Part shown: one piece after another, positions 1-8,937 of the stretch
How the letters are laid out: the number at the start of each line of letters is the position of its first letter
Numbering within the stretch: the first letter of the stretch is position 1
NCBI GenBank assembly: GCA_903889905.1
Contig: CAISZI010000048.1
Coordinates: 5,881-69,880, forward strand
Origin: Candidatus Wirthbacteria bacterium
Lineage (GTDB): Bacteria > Patescibacteriota > CG2-30-54-11
Direction: 5' to 3'
Length of the DNA stretch: 64,000 bases
The notes under the pieces: model-generated
Database searches by the model: none
What the model was told of the DNA's origin: nothing
Seen by the model: the letters and a program-made list of their open reading frames with translations, nothing else
Position numbers and translations under genes: made by a program

Positions 1-3000
1 TTCGTGATAGATGCCGCGGACGTAGTTGCGATAATACTCGTCAGTGCGGATGTAGGCGTCGATGATTTGGAGTTTGGTGGACTGGCCGGCAATGAGGCGA
101 TTGAACCAATAATTAACACCCGTGCTGTCGGCATCGCGACCGAGCGCACGCGTATACATCCGTTTGACGAAATTCCATGCTTTGACCTGGCTCGCCGAGA
201 TGATGCTGCTCACCGTTGCCGTAACAATACTGGTATTGCCAGCGGTGTCCATCAAGTGAAAATCAAAACTGCCATTTTGGGTGAACACATAGACATTACT
301 GCCGTTGTTGTTGGTGATTGTGGACGTCTCACTGGGTGTGAGGGTTGCGGTCACCGAACCAGCGGTATTGTCGGGCGGCGAATACTGTATCGAGCCGCCG
401 GGTGGCGTCCGATCAATGCCGCTGATGGGCGTGGCCGATTTCTGGTAACTGCTATTACCAAGGCCATCCTGGGCCCAGTAACACATGGCTTTGTTGTTGT
501 CAGCTTCGGTTGTGAACGTTTTGGAAGCGTAAGCCACATAACCGGAATTTCCGTCACAGGCGTCACTCAAATGCGCAAGCACTTTCATGTTAAACACGGC
601 AGCCCCAGGGGCACTGGCGGTCACGGTTTTACTCTGTGCGGGGTTGGAATTCGGATTGGTGACAGTAATTGTCGGAGCGATGGTATCAATGTCAAAACTG
701 GCGTTGGTAGGGCCTGCAGCTGAATTTCCTGCTGCATCCTGGACTGTGGAGAGGATAACTGTTGCCGTACCATCCGCATAAGCCGTGCCTGAAGCCGCAT
801 GGACGGTGTATGCATAGGTCCAATGCTGACGGTCGCTACCAACGGTCATGTCACCACTGTCATCGGTCGTCCCTGGCTGGTTGATCGTTATATGAGGGGT
901 ATCACTATTGTTGACGTTTTCGGAATAAGTGGCCGTGATCGTGACGGTACCTGCTGTAACTGGGCTGGAGGGGTTGTAGCTCAATGCTACTGTTGGTGAA
1001 GTCGTATCAATTCCGCCAATGGCCAAGGAGTGTGGATAGAGAGTTGTCACATTACCTGCCAGATCTACAGCTCGATAGCAAACAACTTTTTCATTATCAG
1101 CTTCTGAACTAAACGTAATGGGTGAATAAGGACGAAATCCAGTATCACCATCACAGGGCTGGCTTATGTTGGCCAATTCCTTCATTGTCAGGGTACCAGT
1201 TTCATTTGTAATATTGGCGGTCACTGTTTTACTTTGTGCCGGATTTGCATTGGGAGTTACGACATGAACGACGGGAGGAGTGGTATCGATGATGAAACTA
1301 TTTCCGGTTGGCGCTGCAGCAGGATTGCCGCCAACATCGTGCACAGTTGACAGGGAAACAGCTGCTGCCCCATCCGCATAACCCGCATCAGTATGGGGAT
1401 GGACAGTGTAACTGTAAGTCCAGTGGGCGCGGTCACCCACGTAAGTCATGGGTGCAGTGGTATCCGCCGTGCCGGGTTGATTAATTGTTATAGAAGGAGT
1501 GTCACTGTCGATGATATTTTCGGAATAAGTGGCCGTGATTGTGATGGGCCCAGCTTTGACTGGACTGACAGGGCTATAACTGAGGGCAACGGTGGGGGCA
1601 ATGGTGTCCTGGACAATGATATGTGCCTGAAATACTCCACTACTTCCCCATATACAATCCCAAGGGTCAGTATTGGTATTACAGGTTTGACCATCAGCTG
1701 CGAGACTATAAAAATAAGAACCGATAGCTGCTGGTGGATTTATGTTAACAACAGTTGTAATAACTGGGTAATCCGGCTCAACAAAACCAGTCGTCTGCGA
1801 ACTATCATTTGTTAAACCACCAGTAAACCCTTCAAACTGCAAATAATTATGATCCGTTGTCCACAGCATCGAATTGTATAGACGATATCCAGTATCATTC
1901 GTAAAAGTCACAGCAGAGCTATATTGACAGCTTTGGCCTCGCTCACAAGTCAGGGTTAGTGGAGAAGACGAGGAACTGACACGATAAGATCCAGAGGGAA
2001 CATAATGCGAAAGTAAAAGTTTGGAATCGCTTGCACGCAAATAGGCAACCTGTGCCTGTTCGCCATAGTCAGAGACTAACATTTTGAAATTTATTAGGGA
2101 ATCACTTACAAGTCCAGTATCTGCCACTGTATACCAGCTACTAAAAGAAAATTTCCTAACAATCCCATTTTTAGAACCGTCTGAAGCTAAAATACCAACA
2201 AATGGTGAGTCAGATCTTGTGTAATAATCCAGTGAAAGTTGACCAAAAGCGTCGGATCCTATTGCTGCCGTAAGTACGTCTGAACCTATCTTGGTCCAGG
2301 TGCCAGGATTAAATTCATAAACCACAACCCTATCCAATGTATCTGTTTGTTTAAACACCACTGCAGGTATCTGTAAGCTTTTCTTGAAGACTAGTTGAAT
2401 GGATGGATTATTTACACTGGCCGAAAGCGAAGTACCAACTTGCGACCAAGTTGAGGCAGACAAGCTGTAAACTTTTAATGTTGGGTATAAAGCAAGCGAA
2501 TCGACAAATGCCACATATGGTGCATGCGTTGAAGGTTCCATAGCCATTGAGATCGACGCGATTGCACCATCGCTGATACCTGAACCGGATAGCTGCCAAT
2601 CAGACCCGTCAAAATTCTTGATGACTAACTGGCCGAGTATGGCCGGAGTGCTGTCATCATAAGCAACATAAGGGTGATGAGTGGAAGGATCAATTGCCAA
2701 CGAAAACATTGAACCAACACTCGTTATAGTTGCCCCAACCTGCTCCCAAGTACTGCCATTCAATTTATAAACATCGATGGATTGGGTCTGGGGAGCATCC
2801 TGAATCAGTACAGCGACATAAGGAATTTGCGTGTTGGTATCAAAAGCCAGTTTAACTTTAGTGGCCACACCGCGCGAAAAATTGGCATTTCCAACCAATG
2901 TCCAGCTGATATAAGACGATTTTACACTGACCTTGTTGGTAGCTGTGTTGATATAAGCCAAGTAAATTTGACTGCCCATGAAATCCTGATAAGTCTGGGG

Positions 3001-3135
3001 ATACAGAACCTGGTCAAAATCAACAACAGTGCCCATATCAGTCGGACTTGCCCAGCTGCCATCGGCGCTGGCGATTTTGGTACTGCAGCCAATGAAAACC
3101 GCCATCAGCGCTGTCAATAGTAGCATTTTTTTCAT
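1..3135 (-). CDS. Large secreted surface protein (signal peptide, propeller-like repeats, two ~200-aa Ig-like repeats, C-terminal DUF4214); truncated at the window edge
   Basis: Translated by hand with no stop from ATG 3135 (MKKMLLLTALMAVFIGCST) to position 1. It ends NFVKRMYTRALGRDADSTGVNYWFNRLIAGQSTKLQIIDAYIRTDEYY, near-identical to the neighbour's C-terminus. Missing from the ORF track because its stop lies outside the window. Confidence 0.9.
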   Translation of the reverse strand, partial: MKKMLLLTALMAVFIGCSTKIASADGSWASPTDMGTVVDFDQVLYPQTYQDFMGSQIYLAYINTATNKVSVKSSYISWTLVGNANFSRGVATKVKLAFDTNTQIPYVAVLIQDAPQTQSIDVYKLNGSTWEQVGATITSVGSMFSLAIDPSTHHPYVAYDDSTPAILGQLVIKNFDGSDWQLSGSGISDGAIASISMAMEPSTHAPYVAFVDSLALYPTLKVYSLSASTWSQVGTSLSASVNNPSIQLVFKKSLQIPAVVFKQTDTLDRVVVYEFNPGTWTKIGSDVLTAAIGSDAFGQLSLDYYTRSDSPFVGILASDGSKNGIVRKFSFSSWYTVADTGLVSDSLINFKMLVSDYGEQAQVAYLRASDSKLLLSHYVPSGSYRVSSSSSPLTLTCERGQSCQYSSAVTFTNDTGYRLYNSMLWTTDHNYLQFEGFTGGLTNDSSQTTGFVEPDYPVITTVVNINPPAAIGSYFYSLAADGQTCNTNTDPWDCIWGSSGVFQAHIIVQDTIAPTVALSYSPVSPVKAGPITITATYSENIIDSDTPSITINQPGTADTTAPMTYVGDRAHWTYSYTVHPHTDAGYADGAAAVSLSTVHDVGGNPAAAPTGNSFIIDTTPPVVHVVTPNANPAQSKTVTANITNETGTLTMKELANISQPCDGDTGFRPYSPITFSSEADNEKVVCYRAVDLAGNVTTLYPHSLAIGGIDTTSPTVALSYNPSSPVTAGTVTITATYSENVNNSDTPHITINQPGTTDDSGDMTVGSDRQHWTYAYTVHAASGTAYADGTATVILSTVQDAAGNSAAGPTNASFDIDTIAPTITVTNPNSNPAQSKTVTASAPGAAVFNMKVLAHLSDACDGNSGYVAYASKTFTTEADNNKAMCYWAQDGLGNSSYQKSATPISGIDRTPPGGSIQYSPPDNTAGSVTATLTPSETSTITNNNGSNVYVFTQNGSFDFHLMDTAGNTSIVTATVSSIISASQVKAWNFVKRMYTRALGRDADSTGVNYWFNRLIAGQSTKLQIIDAYIRTDEYYRNYVRGIYHE
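421..1620 (-). repeat. Intragenic tandem duplication with a 600-nt (200-aa) period
   Basis: TTTCGGAATAAGTGGCCGTGAT recurs at ~918 and ~1518, and CCATCCGCATA at ~770 and ~1370; the codons align in frame. Confidence 0.85.
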
Positions 3136-3179
3136 GATTGGATTTTCCAATATAGGTAAAATTTACCGAGATTTCTCAA

Positions 3180-5867
3180 TTAATGATTCCAGAATTCTTC
3201 ACTGTCCAGTAATATCGACGTCAATTTCATGCGATCCATGCCATGCTGCAATTGGCCAACAAAAAAGGCTTCTCCGGATCCGTCGGTTCCTCGTTCCAGT
3301 ACCTGCTGATATTGTTCCTGCACATATTTGGCGTTGAATTCGTAGGAATAGAAAAAATCCCGGATCATACCCTGCTTGGTCTTGACGCCACTGTTGAGTT
3401 GGGCAACCCAATAACTCACACCAGAGGGATCGGCGGACCGATTCATGAAGTCCTGGTAAAGTGAAGCCACGAAGGCGGAATTCCCCTGGCTGAGGTACTC
3501 GGGCGAATAGGCAAAGTTGGAGATAAGATCTGTCTTGCTTAAGCCCTGCAACATGGCATTCGTCCAGTAATCCAGGCCCGACTGATCGGCGTCACGGTTC
3601 ATGAATTCGTGATAGATGCCCGAGACATAATGCCGATAATACTCGTCGGTACGAATGTAGGCGTCAATGATTTGGAGTTTGGTGGATTGACCGGCGACCA
3701 GGCGATTGTACCAATAATTAACACCGCTGCTGTCGGCTTCACGACCTAGTGCTCGGGTATACATGCGTCGCACAAAATTATACGATTTGGAATCAACATT
3801 TGGTGGCGTGATACCGGTGATTGCCGCTGATTTTTTATAACTTACGTTACCCAGTCCATCCACAGCTCTATAGCACATGGCTTTACCGTTATCATCGACC
3901 GAGTTAAATGTTGTTGGAACATGTAAACCAGAACTAAAATCTGCCTGACTAACAACATGAGGATTGCCATATCCCGAATTCCCATCGCAAGGGTCGGACA
4001 CTTGAGATAAAACTTTCGTGGATAACGTTCCTTCATTCACCACAACATCTACTGTTTTGCTAGTACTTGGTCTGAAATCGGGATTCAATACACTAATGGA
4101 TGGAGGAGTAATATCAATGTTTATTTGGTGAGATGCTGATAAATATGCCCGCGCGCCCAGGGAATCCCAGGCTTGAATACAAATAGTATTATTATTGTGG
4201 CTTTCATCGGTAAAGTTCAGAGTTGTTCCCGATACATAAATGGGCCAATTGCTAGCATCATCCCAAACCGTACAACTGGGCCTATAGTTATACTTGACGA
4301 CCAGATTAATTCCTCCTGAAACTGCAGCTGCGAAACTCTCGGATGTAACAGGTCCCTGTGCTAAATCGGTTGTTACCATAGCGGAAATCGGTACAGAATC
4401 AATGACAAAAGTATAATTTGTGGGAGAGGCTGACACATTGTTTGCGGCGTCATGAGTTGTGGATAGAGATACTGTAGCAGTGCCATCCACATACGAGCTC
4501 CCATCTCTGGTATTCACGTTATAATCATAAATCCAATGACTGCGATCAACACTTTCTGACATTGGCGCATTTTGTATATCAACAGTGCCCGGCTGATCGA
4601 TGGAAATAGTTGGATCGTCTGTTATATCTTCGGAATAAACCGCTTCAATAGTCACTACCCCTGCAGACGCTGGTGTATTAATACTCGCATATGCTAAGAC
4701 AACTGTTGGTGGAGTTTTATCATAAGTTGATTCAAATGACCCACTGTCGCAGCGACTTCCATGATATGGCCGTGTATTGCCTCTTTGATCAACATTAATG
4801 GGAGTACTGTCGATATCGGTACAAGATCCATTTGCCACGAAATCAATCGCTGGACTATTCGAAAGTAAAGAAAATGTTGGCGTAGTGCCGCCATTACTAA
4901 TCGATAGACTACCCAAATTGGCGGCGCTACCAACGGAATTGCTGCCGTTCAAAGACCCACAACTGCTATCGCCAATGACATTACCACCAGCAGAAGCTAA
5001 ATTCCCACTGATATTACAATCGTAGATTTGATTGTAACCAATAATTGAATTTTTGAGTGTGAATTTGGCACCCAAGCCACTTAACCCAAAACCATCCCCA
5101 GCCCCTGAACTTGATTCCAATTGAGCAGCAATGGTGGAATTAACAATTGAGGCTGTCACTTGAGTTGATGCACCGTCATCGCTATATAAATAAACTCCTG
5201 ACCCGTAATTTCCACCAATCGTGGAATTTATAACATGTAAAATTGATGGTCCATAACGCATTGCAATTCCGCCACCAGTTCCCGCGTCGGACAGGTTAAG
5301 ATAAATGGCGCTTTGACGGATGGTTAGTGTATGCAGTGTTTTATAAATTGCCCCACCAATACCCCCTTCATTGCCAACCATGATGACACGATTTAGGTTC
5401 AGGTCAGATTCAGACTGATCAGTAATCCCACCCCCGAGTAAACCATTGCCATTGGCGATCATGACGTCGTTAAGTGTCAGGGCATCCATTGTATCAATTA
5501 CGCCATCCTGCACGGTTTGGACGATTTTGGTTGTATTGGCACCTGAACCATTGATCGTTAAAGTATCATAGACATTTAGATCTCCCGCTGCAGACCCGGA
5601 CTCCTGTGCTCCCGAAATCGTCAAATCATATTCCCCCGCCGGCAACGTAATAATATCCGCTCCTGCCAGTGCATTCGCTTCCATCACCGCCGCACGCAAC
5701 GTACATTCCCCCGCCGCTGTATGGCAAACCCCATTCCCTGGATTGTCATCCACGGCATCGGTGGTGGAATTGACCACAAACGTCGCAGCAAAAGCCTTGC
5801 GGCCGCCCACGAAGAGAACCGCCAATACGACTGCACAGACTGCCAAGCGCGTCATCAGGTGCTTCAT
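3180..5867 (-). CDS. CSLREA / choice-of-anchor Q / Ig-like / DUF4214 surface protein
   Basis: Signal peptide; VVNSTTD...CTLRAAVMEAN (CSLREA-like); SPAIDF...DQRG...CDSGSFE; three C-terminal Y..L/M.R.AD.SG..YW repeats. Confidence 0.85.
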   Translation of the reverse strand: MKHLMTRLAVCAVVLAVLFVGGRKAFAATFVVNSTTDAVDDNPGNGVCHTAAGECTLRAAVMEANALAGADIITLPAGEYDLTISGAQESGSAAGDLNVYDTLTINGSGANTTKIVQTVQDGVIDTMDALTLNDVMIANGNGLLGGGITDQSESDLNLNRVIMVGNEGGIGGAIYKTLHTLTIRQSAIYLNLSDAGTGGGIAMRYGPSILHVINSTIGGNYGSGVYLYSDDGASTQVTASIVNSTIAAQLESSSGAGDGFGLSGLGAKFTLKNSIIGYNQIYDCNISGNLASAGGNVIGDSSCGSLNGSNSVGSAANLGSLSISNGGTTPTFSLLSNSPAIDFVANGSCTDIDSTPINVDQRGNTRPYHGSRCDSGSFESTYDKTPPTVVLAYASINTPASAGVVTIEAVYSEDITDDPTISIDQPGTVDIQNAPMSESVDRSHWIYDYNVNTRDGSSYVDGTATVSLSTTHDAANNVSASPTNYTFVIDSVPISAMVTTDLAQGPVTSESFAAAVSGGINLVVKYNYRPSCTVWDDASNWPIYVSGTTLNFTDESHNNNTICIQAWDSLGARAYLSASHQINIDITPPSISVLNPDFRPSTSKTVDVVVNEGTLSTKVLSQVSDPCDGNSGYGNPHVVSQADFSSGLHVPTTFNSVDDNGKAMCYRAVDGLGNVSYKKSAAITGITPPNVDSKSYNFVRRMYTRALGREADSSGVNYWYNRLVAGQSTKLQIIDAYIRTDEYYRHYVSGIYHEFMNRDADQSGLDYWTNAMLQGLSKTDLISNFAYSPEYLSQGNSAFVASLYQDFMNRSADPSGVSYWVAQLNSGVKTKQGMIRDFFYSYEFNAKYVQEQYQQVLERGTDGSGEAFFVGQLQHGMDRMKLTSILLDSEEFWNH

Positions 5868-5899
5868 GGAATGACTCCAGTAATATTTTTTAGAGAATA

Positions 5900-5908
5900 A
5901 TTATACCA
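5900..5908 (-). promoter_or_regulatory. Extended -10 promoter (TGGTATAAT) for the surface-protein genes
   Basis: Reverse complement of ATTATACCA, ~33 nt upstream of ATG 5867; GGAG RBS present. Confidence 0.55.
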
Positions 5909-5990
5909 CAGAATCACCGCAATAGTGTACCAAGTTTAAAGCTAATTGTCAGGCGAATTTTAGCACTTCCCGGTGTTGCTGCGGAGCATC

Positions 5991-6023
5991 AAAAAAAGGC
6001 ACGAAAATTCATCTCCGTGCCTT
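5991..6023 (-). terminator. Intrinsic terminator after cca
   Basis: AGGCACG...CGTGCCT stem followed by a T-run on the minus strand. Confidence 0.65.
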
Positions 6024-6046
6024 GCATCCGTCATTTTACTGATTGA

Positions 6047-7390
6047 TTATTTCAATTTCTGCCCAACCAGATCGATCGCCGCATGGCGGTCTTTGACCAG
6101 GCCTTCGAGTTGAGCGTCGTGCAAAAAATCCAGAATGTCGCCGACCTGCGGACCTGGCTGAATACCAAACAATTGCATGATGTCCTGCCCGGTCAGCAAG
6201 GGTTGCGGCGGTTCCAGCAGGAGCAGGTCTTTTTCGGCATGGTACTGGTCGGAAAGTTTGTTGTATTCACTCATTTCGGTGGGCGCCGTGCCGATGGTGT
6301 CGGCTTTAAAGACTTTCATCAGGTCCGGAAACATCGGATCCATGAACCAGCGACGGCGCTTAGCGTCCCGCATGCGGCCAAAATTGAGCATTTGCATGTG
6401 GCTACCCACCAGAAAGACGATTTTTTCGCGCTCTACTTTTTTGAACTTGAGCCGGTCCAGGATTACTTCGGACATATCCACACCCGCTTCTTCGTGGCCA
6501 CGGAAAGTGATTTTGCGCCCTTCCTGCTTGATCATCGTTTGTTTGCCCACATCGTGCAGCAGCACAGCCCAGACAATATGTTCATCAATATCATGGTGCA
6601 ACGAATGCAGGCAACGCATGGTGTGCACCCAGACATCGCCTTCGGCATGGTATTCGGGTGGTTGTGGCACCGCGTGCAGGTTGGTGACTTCGGGCAGGAT
6701 AAACGAAAGCAGGCCAACGCGATCCAGCTCCTCAAAAGGAATATCGTAGGTAAAAAAAGGCGGTTCACCGCTTTGGGCGCGGACAAAGGCCAGCATTTTG
6801 GAAATTTCGTCGTGGATGCGTTCCCATGATGTTTTGGTGATGAACTGGGCCGATGCACGGATGGCGCGTAATGTTTGCGGGTCGTAGTCAAAACCATAGG
6901 TCAATTTGAAACGCACAGCTCTAAGAATTCTTAAATAGTCTTCACGAATCCGCAGATCAGGGTCACCAATAAAACGCAAAATCTGACTCCGCAAGTCGTC
7001 TTTGCCTCCCACGTAATCAATCACTTGGTCGTTAACCGGGTCGTAAAACATGCCATTGATGGTGAAATCACGGCGTTTGGCGTCTTCTTCGGCATTGGTG
7101 AACATGACCGCGTCGGGACGGCGGCCATCGGACAAGGCGCTATCCGAACGAAACGTGGCGACTTCGAAGTGATGACCATCTTCGATCACCAGGATGACGC
7201 CAAACTGCTTGCCAATCGGCACGGTTTTGGGCATCAGGGCTTCGATTTCATCCGGTTTGGCCGAGGTGACAATGTCAAAATCCTTGGGCGTGAGGCCCAT
7301 GAGCATGTCACGCACGCAGCCACCGGCGTAATAGGCTTCAAAACCGGCGTTGTGGAGACGTTTGACGATACTTAAAGCAGTGTTTTTCAT
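6047..7390 (-). CDS. cca: CCA tRNA nucleotidyltransferase with HD domain
   Basis: AGGCVRDML..KDFDI, RRDFTIN, EDYLRILRAVRF, and HD motif LLHDVGK. Confidence 0.88.
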   Translation of the reverse strand: MKNTALSIVKRLHNAGFEAYYAGGCVRDMLMGLTPKDFDIVTSAKPDEIEALMPKTVPIGKQFGVILVIEDGHHFEVATFRSDSALSDGRRPDAVMFTNAEEDAKRRDFTINGMFYDPVNDQVIDYVGGKDDLRSQILRFIGDPDLRIREDYLRILRAVRFKLTYGFDYDPQTLRAIRASAQFITKTSWERIHDEISKMLAFVRAQSGEPPFFTYDIPFEELDRVGLLSFILPEVTNLHAVPQPPEYHAEGDVWVHTMRCLHSLHHDIDEHIVWAVLLHDVGKQTMIKQEGRKITFRGHEEAGVDMSEVILDRLKFKKVEREKIVFLVGSHMQMLNFGRMRDAKRRRWFMDPMFPDLMKVFKADTIGTAPTEMSEYNKLSDQYHAEKDLLLLEPPQPLLTGQDIMQLFGIQPGPQVGDILDFLHDAQLEGLVKDRHAAIDLVGQKLK

Positions 7391-8175
7391 GACGTTTTCA
7401 ATAGAATTTGGATTTTGAGTTCTACCTCCGCAATCGAACGCACGATGTCTTTTTCTTCTATCGCCATGTCATCCAGAGCCTGCTGCAAACGGGCGTGCGA
7501 TTCCTTCTTGGTATTGGGATGCCACATATGGAGTGCGTCAAAGCTAATCTGGTGACCGTAACGGTGCCGGACTTCGGATAGTATATTCAGCGACTCATGC
7601 GCATTGTCATTGACGAAGAAAACACGATCACCGGTGACAAATGGAAAATCCAGGATTGTCTTGGGTTTATTTTCGGTCGTATGTACGCGCTCCTGGAAAA
7701 AATCCACCAGACCCGCTGCTTTGACTTTGCCATACTGGTAAACGTGATCACCCAGTGTCACCAGATGTTGCTCACTCTGCGGTGCAATTGACGAGATTAA
7801 TTGCTGCAGTTGCTCCAACCGGCGATTGGTACTTGGGTCAAATAGACATTCCGCACTTCGGCCCACGACAGACTGTGTAAACAAGGAAGCGATCGTCTCA
7901 GCAAACGTCGCATCAATCTGCCCCGGCAGAAGTTCGATCAATTTATTCAAAACGCGCGCATTCAACAAAAAGGGACGGAAAATCCCCCCCTCGTCCCAGG
8001 CATTTTGATAGGCAAACTCGACACCGTTTTTGAGCTGCTTCAAATCCGCAACAACGCTGCGGCGTTGCAAATCCTTGGCCAGTTCGTCAACGAAAATGAC
8101 ATCACGCAAACGACTGGTATTGAGTAATGTCCCATCCAAATCCCAGATAACTACCACACGTTTGGTCAAAATCAT
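7387..8175 (-). CDS. HAD-superfamily hydrolase
   Basis: N-terminal WDLDGTL motif I; FFVNDN motif IV-like. Confidence 0.65.
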   Translation of the reverse strand: MILTKRVVVIWDLDGTLLNTSRLRDVIFVDELAKDLQRRSVVADLKQLKNGVEFAYQNAWDEGGIFRPFLLNARVLNKLIELLPGQIDATFAETIASLFTQSVVGRSAECLFDPSTNRRLEQLQQLISSIAPQSEQHLVTLGDHVYQYGKVKAAGLVDFFQERVHTTENKPKTILDFPFVTGDRVFFVNDNAHESLNILSEVRHRYGHQISFDALHMWHPNTKKESHARLQQALDDMAIEEKDIVRSIAEVELKIQILLKTS

Positions 8176-8849
8176 GCAATCCCTCCAAAAATACTGCGTC
8201 CCACCCGGATTATCGTGGCGCCTTCCTCAATAGCCACACCAAAGTCCTGACTCGTGCCCATGGATAAATGCGGCAGCAGTATATCAAATTTGCGTTGCAT
8301 TTTGTCCCGGAGCGTCCGCAGTTTTACGAAGTGTTTGCGGCTTGCTTCAGCATCCTCGGTAAAGGGTGGCATGGTCATCAGACCGACAACACGAACATGC
8401 GGCAAATCCACAATTTCTTTCATGGCGTGATAGAGACTTTCATCTGGCAATCCCGCTTTATTGATTTCACGCGACACGTTAACTTCAATCAAGACTTCCA
8501 TGGTTTTCCCAACCTGGCTGAGCTCGTATGCAAATACTTTGGCCAGTTTGACGCTGTCAATGGACTCGACCATCTGGAAAAGCTGAATTGCTTTTTTGAC
8601 TTTGTTGGACTGCAAATGGCCGATCATATGCCAGGTGGCGCCACGCACGTGCGCGACTTTTTCCTGGGCAGCCTGCACCCGGTTTTCGCCAATCAGCGTC
8701 AAACCGGCATCAACCACTTCCTGAAGTTGATCGGCAGTGGCGTATTTGCCGGCGACTTCGACTTGAATCGAGGCCGGGTCGCATTTGGCCAGCTCACAGG
8801 CGGTGGCAACTTGCTGGCGGAGGGAGAGGATGTTGGATGAAATGGACAT
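8172..8849 (-). CDS. yggS: PLP homeostasis protein YggS
   Basis: GENRVQ, WHMIGHLQSNK, GLMTMPP, LSMGTSQDF..AIEEGATIIRVGR. Confidence 0.95.
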   Translation of the reverse strand: MSISSNILSLRQQVATACELAKCDPASIQVEVAGKYATADQLQEVVDAGLTLIGENRVQAAQEKVAHVRGATWHMIGHLQSNKVKKAIQLFQMVESIDSVKLAKVFAYELSQVGKTMEVLIEVNVSREINKAGLPDESLYHAMKEIVDLPHVRVVGLMTMPPFTEDAEASRKHFVKLRTLRDKMQRKFDILLPHLSMGTSQDFGVAIEEGATIIRVGRSIFGGIA

Positions 8850-8857
8850 TGGGTTCC

Positions 8858-8923
8858 TTGTAGGGGCGTACCCTTGCGGTCGCCCTGCAATAGATGGGCG
8901 ACCGCAAGGGTACGCCCCTACAA
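8858..8923. repeat. GTAG-tagged REP doublet (28-bp perfect inverted repeat)
   Basis: TTGTAGGGGCGTACCCTTGCGGTCGCCC, a 10-nt spacer, then the exact reverse complement; each arm has a GGGCG/CGCCC stem. Confidence 0.85.
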
Positions 8924-8937
8924 ATCAAAATGCTAAA

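Noticed and set aside
4-3337. Short plus-strand ORFs in the track
   Set aside because: They are antisense shadows of the long minus-strand surface-protein genes.
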